A stretch of 64,000 nucleotides of DNA, from NCBI GenBank assembly GCA_024653485.1, contig JANLFY010000001.1:13517-77516 (forward strand). Direction: 5' to 3'. Of this stretch, positions 39,478 to 49,397 are shown one piece after another; the first letter of the stretch is position 1; each line of letters opens with the position of its first letter. The position numbers and the translations under genes were made by a program. The stretch comes from Bacillota bacterium (GTDB taxonomy: Bacteria; Bacillota; SHA-98; UBA4971). The notes beneath the pieces are model-generated. The model did not search any database and was not told the DNA's origin. It worked only from the letters and a program-made list of their open reading frames with translations.

Positions 39478-39512
39478 CCGGCGGGCGGGTCGCGCTCATA
39501 GCCGCCCGCCGG
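39478..39512 (+). other. 11-bp GC hairpin between skp and the long Skp-like gene
   Basis: ccggcgggcgg / 13-nt loop / ccgcccgccgg, ending 14 nt before the ATG at 39526. No U-tract. Confidence 0.3.
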
Positions 39513-39525
39513 TGGCGGTGGTCTG

Positions 39526-41208
39526 ATGAAGCGGATGACCCTTGGCACAATTGCTCTGCTTGGAGCGCTTGCCGTGGTGACCGTGAAGCTACCCTCGTTG
39601 CTTGTTCGGCAATCAGGGGTGCGGATGGAGAGCGGCGCCTCGGCGGCCGGGGGGGATCTGCTGATTCTTCTCCCGAGACTCGAGAGCGTCTCACCCCTCG
39701 TCATAAACAAGGAAAGGCCTTCACTCCCCGACCTGTCTACCCTCTCGATGAGCGATCTCGCCAGCAGATGCGAGGACCCCCAAGATGCTCTCCAAGAGGC
39801 CCCGACTCCAGAGGAGCAAACTGACACTTTCCACGACAACGCCGCAACAGGGGGCGCCGACGAGGGCACGCGTTCCGGCCCTCTCGCCGGACTGCGAATA
39901 CATAGTAGACCGGTGGATGATGTTGAATCGGAACGCGAAGGCGAAACGTGGAAGGCTTCGCGGATGAACGGGCTTGCATGGGAGCTGCCTTCCGCGTCGC
40001 CTCCGGCACCGCGAGGAGTCTCGGCCACTCCGCAGGCGCGAGGGGGCGCCGTTGACCACAGCGCGTCGGGCGCCTTGGCCTTGGGCAGAGCCGTGCCGAT
40101 ACCGAGTGCTGATTCGCCGTCTCGCGCTGCCACCGCCGGCTTGTCCGGCGACGTTCCGGTGGGAGCAAACGCGCGCCAAGCCTTCGTTGTGCTCGAGGAG
40201 GTCGAAAAGAGGCACCCACTTTGGGCGGAGCTGGCCGCGGTGGAGCAGGAGATCGAGGCCTGCGAAGCGGAATGGCGGCGGGAGGTTGACGCCTCCTACC
40301 TTACGGAGAAAGACATCCAAGAATGTTACGCTGCCGCAGAGAGGCTGGCTCTGGCACTTGCGACGCGCGGGAACGGTGACAGGGCCGGTGATGGCGACGT
40401 CCCTCGCCCCGAAGCCCTGATGAGCGAGATCGATGAGACCGAGGCGCGTCTTCGGGACGAGACCGAGCAGAGAATCGCGGCTTACGTCGCTGAGGTCAAG
40501 CAGAGGCTCGACGACGACCTCTATGCCGAGAGAGCCAGGCTCAACCAGGAACTCGACGCTTATAGGGACAAGACTCTGAAAGAATACTTCCTGTCACTCT
40601 TCAACGCCCAGCTGAGGCTGAGACTCCTCAGACTGTCCGAGGACGAACGCAAGGCCCTCCAAGAGAAGATCGCTAAGCTCACCGTGGAAATGGAAACGAA
40701 GATAGATTCGAAGGCCAGGGAGCAGGACGCTGTCTTCGAGGCGTACGCGCAAGAGAGGTGCGCTGCGGCTGAGGCCGAGATAGCGGCCATGCGGGCGAAA
40801 GAGGAGACCAGCCTCTCCGAAAGGATCGCCAAAGAGAGGGCGAAGCTGGAGATGAGCCTCGCCGAGGTGATGAAGGACTCAGGCTCCTCGCTGCGCGAGG
40901 GGACCCGGGAATGGAGCAAGGAGATAGTGAGGCGCGCAAGGTACGAGCTCGCGGCCGCGAGGGAGAGGATCGCCCGGGAACTGGCGGCGAAAGAGGCTGA
41001 CTTCACCGAGCGGCACAGCAGGCTCCAGGCTCGGCGTGACGCGCTGCACAGGGCCATTTGCGACGACATCCGGGCGGCGGTCAGGGAACTGGGCGCGGAC
41101 ATGGGTCTTGAGGTGAGAGTGCTGGAGCGAGGAGCATCGCTGATCGCAGCGGAAGGACAGGCCGCGGACGTTACAGAGAGGGTGTTGGAGATAATTCGCA
41201 GTAGGTGA
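39526..41208 (+). CDS. 560-aa signal-anchored coiled-coil protein with an OmpH/Skp-like C-terminus
   Basis: N-terminal '[17 protein letters not shown]', about 200 aa of low complexity, then about 330 aa of E/R/A/L-rich helix. It ends '[44 protein letters not shown]', the same pattern as a Skp C-terminus. Confidence 0.5.
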   Translation: MKRMTLGTIALLGALAVVTVKLPSLLVRQSGVRMESGASAAGGDLLILLPRLESVSPLVINKERPSLPDLSTLSMSDLASRCEDPQDALQEAPTPEEQTDTFHDNAATGGADEGTRSGPLAGLRIHSRPVDDVESEREGETWKASRMNGLAWELPSASPPAPRGVSATPQARGGAVDHSASGALALGRAVPIPSADSPSRAATAGLSGDVPVGANARQAFVVLEEVEKRHPLWAELAAVEQEIEACEAEWRREVDASYLTEKDIQECYAAAERLALALATRGNGDRAGDGDVPRPEALMSEIDETEARLRDETEQRIAAYVAEVKQRLDDDLYAERARLNQELDAYRDKTLKEYFLSLFNAQLRLRLLRLSEDERKALQEKIAKLTVEMETKIDSKAREQDAVFEAYAQERCAAAEAEIAAMRAKEETSLSERIAKERAKLEMSLAEVMKDSGSSLREGTREWSKEIVRRARYELAAARERIARELAAKEADFTERHSRLQARRDALHRAICDDIRAAVRELGADMGLEVRVLERGASLIAAEGQAADVTERVLEIIRSR

Positions 41209-41303
41209 GTCCATGCTCTGCCGCGGAGCCCCGGTCTTGGTCGGAAGACGGTCATGAATGCTGGGGAGGGTTCTGCGGCTCTTCGCCGGGAGAGTTGATT
41301 CTG

Positions 41304-42344
41304 ATGGAGACGCGCAGGGAGCAGACGCTTGGGGATATCGCGCGGATTGTCGGGGGGGAGCTCTTTGGGGACCCCATGGTTCTCATCACGGGGGTTTCAC
41401 CAATCGACACCGCAGGTCCGGGTGAGATCACGTTTGCCGAGGACTCCAGGAGGGCCGTCTGCGCGGCCAAAGGGCAGGCGGCAGCGGTGGTCGTGCCTCG
41501 CGGAGTCAGGCTTGACGGGAAACCCTTCATAGCTGTGGACAACCCGAGGCTTGCGTTCGCCGAGGTCCTCGAGGTCTTCAGGCCAGAGCCTGGCGTGCCG
41601 GCAGAGGGCATTGACCCGCGTAGCGCCGTCGACCCGACTGCGATCGTTTCGGCGCGAGTGAGGATCGGGCCGAACGTGACTGTTGAGGCAGGGGCGACCA
41701 TCGGCGAGAAGGTCGTCCTTTACCCGGGTGTATACATAGGTCGCGACGCGACTGTGGGAGCCGGTACGGTCATCCACCCCAACGTGGTGGTCGGGGAGAG
41801 GGTCGTCATCGGGAGGAACGTCATCATCCACGCCGGTGTTGTCATAGGTGCCGACGGTTTCGGGTACGTGGAGTCGGGTGGAGTGCGTCACAAGATCCCG
41901 CAGATAGGCACGGTCATCATCGAGGATGACGTGGAGATCGGCGCCAATGCGTGCGTGGACAGAGCAACGATGGGAGCCACAGTGATCGGCAGGGGTACCA
42001 AGGTGGACAACCTGGTGCAGATCGGTCACAACGTGAAGGTCGGTGAGGACTGCGTCATTGTCGGCTTAACGGGTGTGGGAGGGTCAAGCGAGATAGGTGC
42101 CTCGTCGACCATTGCCGGCGGTGTGGGGGTCAAAGACCATGTCAAGATAGGGCCTCGCAGCGTCGTTGCGGCACACGCCCTGGTTTGCACGAACGTGCCG
42201 CCGGGAGCATTCGTCTCGGGAAGCCCTGCCCGCCCACACCGAGAACAGCTAGCTATCGACGCGGCCGCGCGCAAGCTGCCCGAACTCCTGGAGCGCGTGC
42301 GCTTGCTGGAAGCAGAGATCGAGGAGATGAAGAGAGCCCGCTGA
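41304..42344 (+). CDS. lpxD: UDP-3-O-acylglucosamine N-acyltransferase
   Basis: '[12 protein letters not shown]...ITFAED', left-handed beta-helix hexapeptides, and '[47 protein letters not shown]'. Confidence 0.9.
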   Translation: METRREQTLGDIARIVGGELFGDPMVLITGVSPIDTAGPGEITFAEDSRRAVCAAKGQAAAVVVPRGVRLDGKPFIAVDNPRLAFAEVLEVFRPEPGVPAEGIDPRSAVDPTAIVSARVRIGPNVTVEAGATIGEKVVLYPGVYIGRDATVGAGTVIHPNVVVGERVVIGRNVIIHAGVVIGADGFGYVESGGVRHKIPQIGTVIIEDDVEIGANACVDRATMGATVIGRGTKVDNLVQIGHNVKVGEDCVIVGLTGVGGSSEIGASSTIAGGVGVKDHVKIGPRSVVAAHALVCTNVPPGAFVSGSPARPHREQLAIDAAARKLPELLERVRLLEAEIEEMKRAR

Positions 42345-42492
42345 TGGTTTGAGTGACTGCCCGAGGTGCGGCTCCGGCGGCGCAGCCATTTGGGTTTATT
42401 TGTTATCATGGGTCAGGGTTTCTAAGACAGGAAATCGAGGTCCACCAGGCGAATGATCCTCCAGACCATGTAGGAAGGAGGGTCATTCGAGC

Positions 42493-43128
42493 GTGAAAAG
42501 GACCGTGATCGCCGCGGCAGTCGCACTGACGCTTCTCGTTGCAGCTGTTGCGGGTCCCTGCGGCTACGCTTCCACCACGTACACCGGCGAAACCGGGCTG
42601 TTGCTCGCGCCATCCGCGGATACTCTCGGCGCGAACGCGTTTGCCATCACATATGGTCGCCTGGGTCTGGCGGATGTCGTGTCGGTCGGGGTCGGACTCA
42701 CACCCAACTTCGAGCTTGGCGTGGGTTCCGCCGGGTCGGGGCATGGGGCCTCAGTCTATCCCCTGCTCAAGCTGAGGCTCGTCGGCGAATCCAGCGACAT
42801 GCCTGCGGTCGCCGTGGGCCTCGAGGACGAGGCTCTCTACGTCGCCGCGAGCAAGAGGCTATCTGCGCGGGGAGCTCGCGCGCACGTCGGGTTCGGGTCC
42901 GGGAGGTTCGACGGGCTGTTTGCCGGAGTTGACCTGGTGCTGAACCCCGTGGCCATATCGAGCGGGAGATCGTCCGGGTTCCCTGTCACGACAGTGATAG
43001 GCGAGTACGTGGGCGGAAGCTTCAACGTGGGTGCCAGGTTCGAAGTCGCGAAGGGCCTTGCGCTGAGCCTAGGTCTCCTGGACTTGGACACGTTCTCGGC
43101 TGGTGTGTCGTTCAAGATGAAGTTCTAG
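42493..43128 (+). CDS. Small predicted OM beta-barrel protein (211 aa) with a C-terminal Phe
   Basis: Signal peptide 'AAAVALTLLVAAVAGPCGYAS', a 'TGETGLLLAPSADTLG' motif (YjbH-like), alternating hydrophobic strands, and the ending 'AGVSFKMKF'. Confidence 0.55.
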   Translation: MKRTVIAAAVALTLLVAAVAGPCGYASTTYTGETGLLLAPSADTLGANAFAITYGRLGLADVVSVGVGLTPNFELGVGSAGSGHGASVYPLLKLRLVGESSDMPAVAVGLEDEALYVAASKRLSARGARAHVGFGSGRFDGLFAGVDLVLNPVAISSGRSSGFPVTTVIGEYVGGSFNVGARFEVAKGLALSLGLLDLDTFSAGVSFKMKF

Positions 43129-43155
43129 CGGACTCCACGCTGGAGCCAGGACGCG

Positions 43156-43196
43156 GCCGCGACCGCCGTCGTGAGACGGCGGTCGCGGCTTGTTTC
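43156..43196 (+). terminator. Rho-independent terminator (15-bp stem)
   Basis: gccgcgaccgccgtc / gtga / gacggcggtcgcggc, followed by ttgtttc. Confidence 0.7.
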
Positions 43197-43294
43197 GCAC
43201 CGGCGCACCGTCTGGCAACTCAAGGGAGAGGTTCCAGATCGCGCGAAGGAGGGATCCGCGCACACAAAGAGAAAAAATACGAGGGGGGCGGCTC

Positions 43295-44254
43295 ATGGCG
43301 GGACCTCGCACGTGCAAACGTAGACTCGCGTTGTCTCATGGCTTGGTGGTTGCCGTGGCCTTGGCGGGGGCGGTGGCGGGGGCCCTGCTTGCTTGCGACG
43401 ACGCCAGCGCGTGCGTGGGCGCGCGACCGCTTGCGATGGGAGGCGCGTTCATAGCCGTGGCCGATGATGCGTCCGCGGTGTATTGGAACCCCGCCGGCCT
43501 GGCATGGTCCGTCCAGCGTCAGGTGAGTTTGACGTCCACCTTGAACAACCGGGACATCTTCAACTATGACGAATTCCTGGCGTACGTGAGCCGTGCTCCG
43601 TCAGCCCAGTGGGGAGCGGGAGTCGGCTACGTCAAGGAGCACGTCGGCTCTCTGGAGGGACGCGGAGGGTACAGCGCGTCGAGGTGGCTCGTGTACTCGG
43701 CGGGGTGGTCGGTCCTGCCCTCCCTTTCCCTAGGCGCGAACCTGCGATACGAGACGCACGCCCGCCGATCCGCAGGGTCCGGTCTTGTCCTGGGATCGCG
43801 GTGGGGCCTGGACCTCGCTCTTCTGTGTCGGGCGAGTCCCGAACTGTCTATTGGGCTGCTCCTGCAGGATGCGGGGATCTCGCCGATCAGGTGGGGCGAT
43901 GGCTACGCGGAGACGGTGCGTGTGAACGTTCGCCCGGGGATCGCGTATAAACCCGACCCCGCTACAGTGGTGGCCGTTGATCTCTACGACGTTGGAGCGC
44001 TGGCGCATGCGGACCAGGAGGGAACAGGCGGCACATTCGCGATGCGGGCGGGAGTTGAACGCCGAGTGTGGGGCGGACTTTCGGCGCGCCTGGGTTACTA
44101 CGGGATTTCTCCGACCGTGGGCGCCATCACGTGGGGAGTGGGCTGGGACGCGGACGCGTGGCGCGTGGACTACGCGTACCTGGGCGCCGGAACGGTACCG
44201 GGGCACCCGGGTCTAGGCGGGACGCACCAGATAGGGGTGACGCTCAAGTTCTGA
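43295..44254 (+). CDS. Predicted OM beta-barrel protein (PorV/FadL-like N-terminal motif) with a C-terminal Phe
   Basis: Signal peptide, 'GARPLAMGGAFIAVADDASAVYWNPAGLA', and the ending 'HQIGVTLKF'. GAGGGGGG RBS 6 nt upstream of the ATG. Confidence 0.55.
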   Translation: MAGPRTCKRRLALSHGLVVAVALAGAVAGALLACDDASACVGARPLAMGGAFIAVADDASAVYWNPAGLAWSVQRQVSLTSTLNNRDIFNYDEFLAYVSRAPSAQWGAGVGYVKEHVGSLEGRGGYSASRWLVYSAGWSVLPSLSLGANLRYETHARRSAGSGLVLGSRWGLDLALLCRASPELSIGLLLQDAGISPIRWGDGYAETVRVNVRPGIAYKPDPATVVAVDLYDVGALAHADQEGTGGTFAMRAGVERRVWGGLSARLGYYGISPTVGAITWGVGWDADAWRVDYAYLGAGTVPGHPGLGGTHQIGVTLKF

Positions 44255-44259
44255 GGATC

Positions 44260-45330
44260 GTGGACCGCTACGTGGCAAGGGAGTTCTGCGGCCCGTTCAT
44301 CGCGTGTGTAGGCGGGTTCGTCATGATAATGCTAGCGGGCCAGTTATTCTGGCTTGCTGAGCTTATCATAGTCAAGAAGGTCGCGGCTTTGGCGGTGGCG
44401 AGGATGCTCCTGTACAAACTTCCCGACGCCGTCGTCCAGTCGCTTCCCGTGGCCACTTTGTTCGGAGCTCTGCTCGCCGTCACACGTCTTTCCAGGGACA
44501 GCGAGCTCTCGGCGTTGAGGGCGAGCGGCGCCCGCATTCCGAGGCTCCTCCTTCCGCTGCTTGGTATCTCCTTGCTCGTGAGCGTCCTCACGTTTTGGCT
44601 CAACGAGCGGGTTGTTCCCTGGACCAACCATCAGTACGAGAACATTGTGAGGAAGCTCGTCCTTCAAGAGGCGCTCCCGTCGGTGGAAGAGAACGTGTTC
44701 TTCAGAGGGACGCAGGACAGGTTCTTCTATGTGCGGGAAGTACACGCGGATGATGGCTCCCTCCGCGACGTTATGATATATGAAGTGAGGAGCGACAGGC
44801 TACCGAGGATAATCACGGCGCGGCGTGGCTTCGCCAAGGGCACGATCTGGATCCTGGAGGACGGCGTGGTTCACGACCTGGACAGCGATGGGTACGTCGC
44901 CTACGAGGCGCTTTTCAAGGCCATGACTATTGAGATGGACCAGGGGCTCGAGTCCTTCTTTGGCGAACAGAAGACCCCCGCCGAGATGAGCCGCGCGGAG
45001 CTCGGCGAGCACATCGCGCTCTTTCGCCGCAGCGGCATAGAGGTGAACGCCCTTGTGGTCGATTACGACCTCAAGCTCTCATTGCCCCTTGCCTCATTGG
45101 TGTTCGTCTTCGCGGGCACACCTTTGGCGATCACCGGGCCGAGGTCCGGACGGCTCTTCGGCGCCGCGGTGAGCGGGGGTGTGGCGTTGTCCTACTATGT
45201 CTTGTCTTCCGTCCTCCGCTCCCTCGGGTGCAACGAGGTTCTCCCCCCGCTCGCGGCGGCTTGGATCCCGAATGTCGTCTTCGCAGCCGCGGGAATGCTC
45301 CTAATGATGCGCAGTGAGAAGGTGCGATGA
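44260..45330 (+). CDS. LptF/LptG-family (YjgP/YjgQ) LPS export permease
   Basis: 'VDRYVAREFCGPFIACVGGFVMIML' and 'SELSALRASGARIPRLLLPLL', 6 TM segments with a central periplasmic domain. Start is approximate; the ORF is open from 44068 but overlaps the upstream gene. Confidence 0.8.
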   Translation: MDRYVAREFCGPFIACVGGFVMIMLAGQLFWLAELIIVKKVAALAVARMLLYKLPDAVVQSLPVATLFGALLAVTRLSRDSELSALRASGARIPRLLLPLLGISLLVSVLTFWLNERVVPWTNHQYENIVRKLVLQEALPSVEENVFFRGTQDRFFYVREVHADDGSLRDVMIYEVRSDRLPRIITARRGFAKGTIWILEDGVVHDLDSDGYVAYEALFKAMTIEMDQGLESFFGEQKTPAEMSRAELGEHIALFRRSGIEVNALVVDYDLKLSLPLASLVFVFAGTPLAITGPRSGRLFGAAVSGGVALSYYVLSSVLRSLGCNEVLPPLAAAWIPNVVFAAAGMLLMMRSEKVR

Positions 45331-45334
45331 GCTG

Positions 45335-47650
45335 GTGAAGACGAGGTTGGGACGGGCTGAGGCTTCGGCGGACTCGAGCGGGTCCGTGCGCGGTCTGGGA
45401 GCGACCCGGGCTTGTGGGCGAGGCTGCGGGGGATCTCGCCGCGGGGCGGCGGGCAGCGTGCCGGTCTTGCATCTCTTCTCGGCTCTCGTCGCTCTCCTCG
45501 TCGTTATCGTCCCAGTGTCGACCGCCGGGAGCGCGATGGCCTCTCCGGGACAGCCGGACCCCGCACGCCTAACCGCCGACAGGGTTACGGTGGACATGGA
45601 GACGAGGCGCGCGTTGGCAGAGGGCAACGTTCGCCTGGTTCACGGCGACGTCCAGATCGCGTGCGACCGGCTAGAGGTCGATACATCGTCGGGAGACCTC
45701 GTCGCTGATGGGAACGTGGAACTGCGTGACGGCGACGACGTTGTGAGAGGCGATGCTCTCCGGTACAACCTCAGGACGAAGAGTGGAAGCGTCAGTCGGG
45801 GCAGGGCCACTGTCACCGGAGACGGCATGAGCGGTGAGTTGTACGTGTCGGGGGAGGGGTTCGATGCCGAGCCGGGCAAGATTACGGTCACGAACGGCAT
45901 CTTCACCTCGTGCGACTTGGAAGAGCCGCACTACCACGTGGAGGCCGGAGAGATAGAGGTGTACGTGGATGACAGGATAGTCCTTCGGAACGTGTCGTAC
46001 TGGGAGGGCAAGCTCCGCCTTTTCCATTGGCCGTACTTGGTGCTGCCGATACGTGAGGAGAACAGGTTCGAGCTGCCGAAGATAGGCTACGGCTCGAGCG
46101 AGGGATGGTTCGTGAAGACGGCTTACAACTACTACCGAAGCGAGTCTTCCCGAGGCTCCCTCCACCTTGATTACCTCAGCAAGCTGGGCGTGGGTGCCGG
46201 CGTGAAGCATCTGTACGAGGTGGATCCCCTCGGCAGCGGGTTCCTATACGCGTACGGGGTCGCCAATCGGCTGACACGGCACGTGGATTCCAAGTTTGAG
46301 ATATCCCACGACATCTCACTAGGAAAGGAGACTCGGGCGCATCTCGGCCTTCGTTACGGCGACGCCGTGTCGTCCACGGGCGTGTCCAACACGGAGCTGA
46401 AGGGCGTCTTGGAGCTGGATCACAGCGACGAGAGAGGTTTCATCGACCTCGTCGTCGAGCGGACGGCAAACCGCGGCGAGAGGCCGAAGGATGAGACACG
46501 GGCGTCCGCGAGCGCAAGGCGCAAGTTCGAGGAGGGGCTGTCTCTCTCGGCGAACGCGGCATACCTCGATTCGCGCGCCCTCGAGGGGAACTCGGAGTCA
46601 AGCGAGAGGTTCCTCAACTACAAAGCGGATGTCTCGAAGGACACTTCGCTGGGTTCCATACGCGCCGTGTGGGAGCAGTACGTGAAGCCGAGCGAGCGTG
46701 AGGAGCAAGAAGAGGAGGGCGAGGTTGAGCCCTTGCCCTATGAGGCGATAGGGCGAGCCCCCGAGGTGACCTTTGAGAGCAGACCATTCGTCGTCGGGGG
46801 CCTTCCTCTCAAGCTGCAGCTGGCAGCCATTTACGGCAAGTACGCCGAGAGGCCTTCCGGATGGGCCGGCCCGGGAGTGGTGAAGGCTGCCAAGACGGGA
46901 CTTGCGCTGCGCGCGCCATCCCAGTCATACGAACTGTCGAAGAGCACGCGAGCCACGGTGTCGGCCGGGATCGCCTTTGACAGCTACACGACGGGCGACA
47001 GCCGTTACGTCGCATCCGCCAGTCTCGGAGTGGAGACCAGAGCCTTCGGGGAACTCCTGCGGCTCAAGGGCGGCTACGAGTACCGCGGCGTGTTCGGCGA
47101 AACGCCTTTCGCCTTCGACTCGGAAGGCCGCAAGGGTCTGCTCACCGGCAGCCTGAGTCTTGCCCGCAACCCTGTTACCGCCTCAATCGAAGGCGGGTAC
47201 GACCTCTACACCCGGGTCTACAAGGACCTAGTGGGGCGCGTGCGCGTGTCACCGGGACGCGAGTGGGCCGTCGAAGGATGGGCGAGCTACGACCCGAACG
47301 AAGCCGCGATGAAGGAGGTCGTTGGAAAGATCGAGATCTCGGCGTCGGAACGCTGTACCGTCAAGGTGGGAGCGAGGTACAGTTTCGCGGCTCAAGCGTT
47401 CGACAGGGTGGAGAGCGATGTCGATTTGTCCATCGGGGAGGCGTGGAAGCTGCAGTGCACAGTGGTGTATGGCGGCCCGTCCAAGAGCGTGCTGCGGGGG
47501 AACGTGGGCGTGACTCGCGATCTTCATTGCCGCGAGCTCAAGCTGTCTTACAGCTACACCGACAACCAGGTATGGCTGGAATACAGGATCAAGGCTTTCC
47601 CGTACGAGGGTGTGCGATTCGGACTGGGGGACCAAGGCATATTGTTCTGA
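45335..47650 (+). CDS. lptD: LptD/OstA-like LPS assembly OM protein
   Basis: OstA-N beta-jellyroll 'LTADRVTVDMETRRALAEGNVRLVHGDVQIACDRLEVDTSSGDLVADGNVELRDGDDVVRGDALRYNL', a large barrel, and the ending 'LGDQGILF'. Start is uncertain (45314, 45335 or 45458). Confidence 0.75.
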   Translation: MKTRLGRAEASADSSGSVRGLGATRACGRGCGGSRRGAAGSVPVLHLFSALVALLVVIVPVSTAGSAMASPGQPDPARLTADRVTVDMETRRALAEGNVRLVHGDVQIACDRLEVDTSSGDLVADGNVELRDGDDVVRGDALRYNLRTKSGSVSRGRATVTGDGMSGELYVSGEGFDAEPGKITVTNGIFTSCDLEEPHYHVEAGEIEVYVDDRIVLRNVSYWEGKLRLFHWPYLVLPIREENRFELPKIGYGSSEGWFVKTAYNYYRSESSRGSLHLDYLSKLGVGAGVKHLYEVDPLGSGFLYAYGVANRLTRHVDSKFEISHDISLGKETRAHLGLRYGDAVSSTGVSNTELKGVLELDHSDERGFIDLVVERTANRGERPKDETRASASARRKFEEGLSLSANAAYLDSRALEGNSESSERFLNYKADVSKDTSLGSIRAVWEQYVKPSEREEQEEEGEVEPLPYEAIGRAPEVTFESRPFVVGGLPLKLQLAAIYGKYAERPSGWAGPGVVKAAKTGLALRAPSQSYELSKSTRATVSAGIAFDSYTTGDSRYVASASLGVETRAFGELLRLKGGYEYRGVFGETPFAFDSEGRKGLLTGSLSLARNPVTASIEGGYDLYTRVYKDLVGRVRVSPGREWAVEGWASYDPNEAAMKEVVGKIEISASERCTVKVGARYSFAAQAFDRVESDVDLSIGEAWKLQCTVVYGGPSKSVLRGNVGVTRDLHCRELKLSYSYTDNQVWLEYRIKAFPYEGVRFGLGDQGILF

Positions 47651-47804
47651 CGCGGCGGGGGGTTCTCGACTCCGCTCGTCCGTCCGGGCAGCCAGACGGA
47701 CGGCCGCACGCTTGACGCTTGACACGGGCCCTGCGCCACGAGCGTTGTGTCGGGTGGATTCGAGCTCCCTCACGATAGCGGCGCTAAGGACGGAGGTGGG
47801 CGAG

Positions 47805-48491
47805 GTGCCGAAGACCATCAAGTTGGCGATGATCTGCCTTGTTTTCGCGTGCCTCGTTGCCCTGGGGGCGCTCCTTCTTAGACCTGCGCCTCCTGAGCCG
47901 CCCGCGCCGCCCGTTTCCCCCGATGCCGCTTCAAGCAACGGCCTCACCTCGGGCTCGGGCCCGGGCGCGAGCCCGAGCCCGGGCTACGATGGTACGCCGG
48001 GGTCCGGCGAAGGGTCAGGCGTGGAAGCGACCGAGGAGCCCGGTTCCCCAAGCGCGCCTGGCATCTCTGTGGAACAGGGACGATTCGTCGGAAGGTCCGG
48101 CGGCGAGAGGCGTTGGGAGTTCGATGTGGACGAGGTGCGCGTGAAACAGGGAGAGAGCCTCGTGGTGTTGGAAGGCATCAGAAACGGGGTCCTTTACGAC
48201 GACGGACGACCCTGGATGCAGTTCTCCGCGGCGCGGGGCGTGGCGGACGCGTCAACGAGCGACCTCGAGCTCGAGAACGTGCGGTTCTCATCCGGAGAGG
48301 GCGACACATTGACCGCGCGCACCCTCACTTGGTCCGAGAGGGACCGGAAGGTTATCGTCGAAGGGGACGTTCGTGTGGAGCGCGGCAAGGGCTCTTTGTT
48401 GCTGTGCGATAGGGCGGAGTACCATCCGGGCGACAACACGCTCGAGGCGGTCGGCAGAACGACCGTGGAGATAGAGATCCCCGATGACTAG
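47805..48491 (+). CDS. lptC: LptC-like membrane-anchored OstA-fold protein
   Basis: TM 'LAMICLVFACLVALGALLL', a P/S/G linker, then 'WEFDVDEVRVKQGESLVVLEGIRNGVLYDDG...LTARTLTWSERDRKVIVEGDVRVER'. Lies directly upstream of lptA. GTG at 47805 follows GGAGG. Confidence 0.6.
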   Translation: MPKTIKLAMICLVFACLVALGALLLRPAPPEPPAPPVSPDAASSNGLTSGSGPGASPSPGYDGTPGSGEGSGVEATEEPGSPSAPGISVEQGRFVGRSGGERRWEFDVDEVRVKQGESLVVLEGIRNGVLYDDGRPWMQFSAARGVADASTSDLELENVRFSSGEGDTLTARTLTWSERDRKVIVEGDVRVERGKGSLLLCDRAEYHPGDNTLEAVGRTTVEIEIPDD

Positions 48492-48612
48492 ATAGGCTGC
48501 GCCAGAAAGCCGCGCGAAGGGCCGCGGATCGAGCCGAGGCTCGCGAGGATGGAAAGGAGGGTCCGTTGCTGTGGCCGGACACGCACGTGCTGCAAAAGGA
48601 GGAGTCTGGACG

Positions 48613-49341
48613 ATGAGAATCGCTCTCCTCGCGGTGCTCGTCGCTCTAGCGGCGCCCTGGACCGTTGCGATGGCCGCGGGTGAGAAAGTCGTGGTGACGG
48701 CGGACAAGAAAGTCACCATCGACTTCGATTCGGACATAACCGTGTTGGAAGGGAACGTGAAGATAACGTACTCCGATGTGGTCATCACCGCGGAGCGGGC
48801 AGAGGTCAAGGACAGGAAGATCGCCACGATCACCGGGAATGTGAGACTCGTGCAGCCGGACATAGTGCTGACGGGAGACGTGCTCACGGCGCATATCAGC
48901 GAGAAGCGCGTGGTGGTCGAAGGCGGCGTCACCCTCACCAAGGATGAGGAGAAATCGGGAAGCACGGGCGCGAGCAGCGCGGGAACCGCCAAGGCGAGCG
49001 GGAGCGGGAACAGCGGAGGCGGCACGGCGGTCACGAGCGGGTCGTCCAGCAAGGAGCGGGTCGTGGTCACGTGCGACCGGATGGAGCTCCAGACGAACAC
49101 TCGAGGGTTCGTGGCCTCCGGCCACGTGGAGATGAAGCGCGGAGACACCCTTGCCCGCGCGGACCGTGCCACGTATACGGAGAAAGACAAGCTTGCGATC
49201 CTCGAAGGCAACGTGTTCGCCAAGGGCAAGAACGACGAGACGGTGAAGTGCGGCAGGTTGCTCTTCCGCACCGACCGGGATCACGTCGAGGCGCTCGACA
49301 ACGTGACTCTGGAGTTCGAGGTGGAAGAGAAGGAGGAATGA
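48613..49341 (+). CDS. lptA: LptA-like periplasmic OstA-family protein with a central G/S-rich insertion
   Basis: Signal peptide 'LLAVLVALAAPWTVAMA', 'VVVTADKKVTIDFDSDITVLEGNVKITYSDVVITAERAEV', and a second half 'ARADRATYTEKDKLAILEGNVFAKGK'. AGGAGG 10 nt upstream of the ATG. Confidence 0.7.
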   Translation: MRIALLAVLVALAAPWTVAMAAGEKVVVTADKKVTIDFDSDITVLEGNVKITYSDVVITAERAEVKDRKIATITGNVRLVQPDIVLTGDVLTAHISEKRVVVEGGVTLTKDEEKSGSTGASSAGTAKASGSGNSGGGTAVTSGSSSKERVVVTCDRMELQTNTRGFVASGHVEMKRGDTLARADRATYTEKDKLAILEGNVFAKGKNDETVKCGRLLFRTDRDHVEALDNVTLEFEVEEKEE

Positions 49342-49397
49342 GTGGGAACCGTTCCCAAGGCAGACAGCACTTTGGTCCGCCAGCTCCTCGGCGCCTG

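Noticed and set aside
48288-49271. 327-aa minus-strand ORF
   Set aside because: It is antisense to the lptC-like and lptA-like genes and has an S/T/P/A-rich low-complexity translation.
49344-49356. Palindrome gggaaccgttccc just after lptA, considered as a terminator
   Set aside because: The two 6-nt arms are separated by a single nucleotide, so a hairpin is sterically implausible. No U-tract follows.
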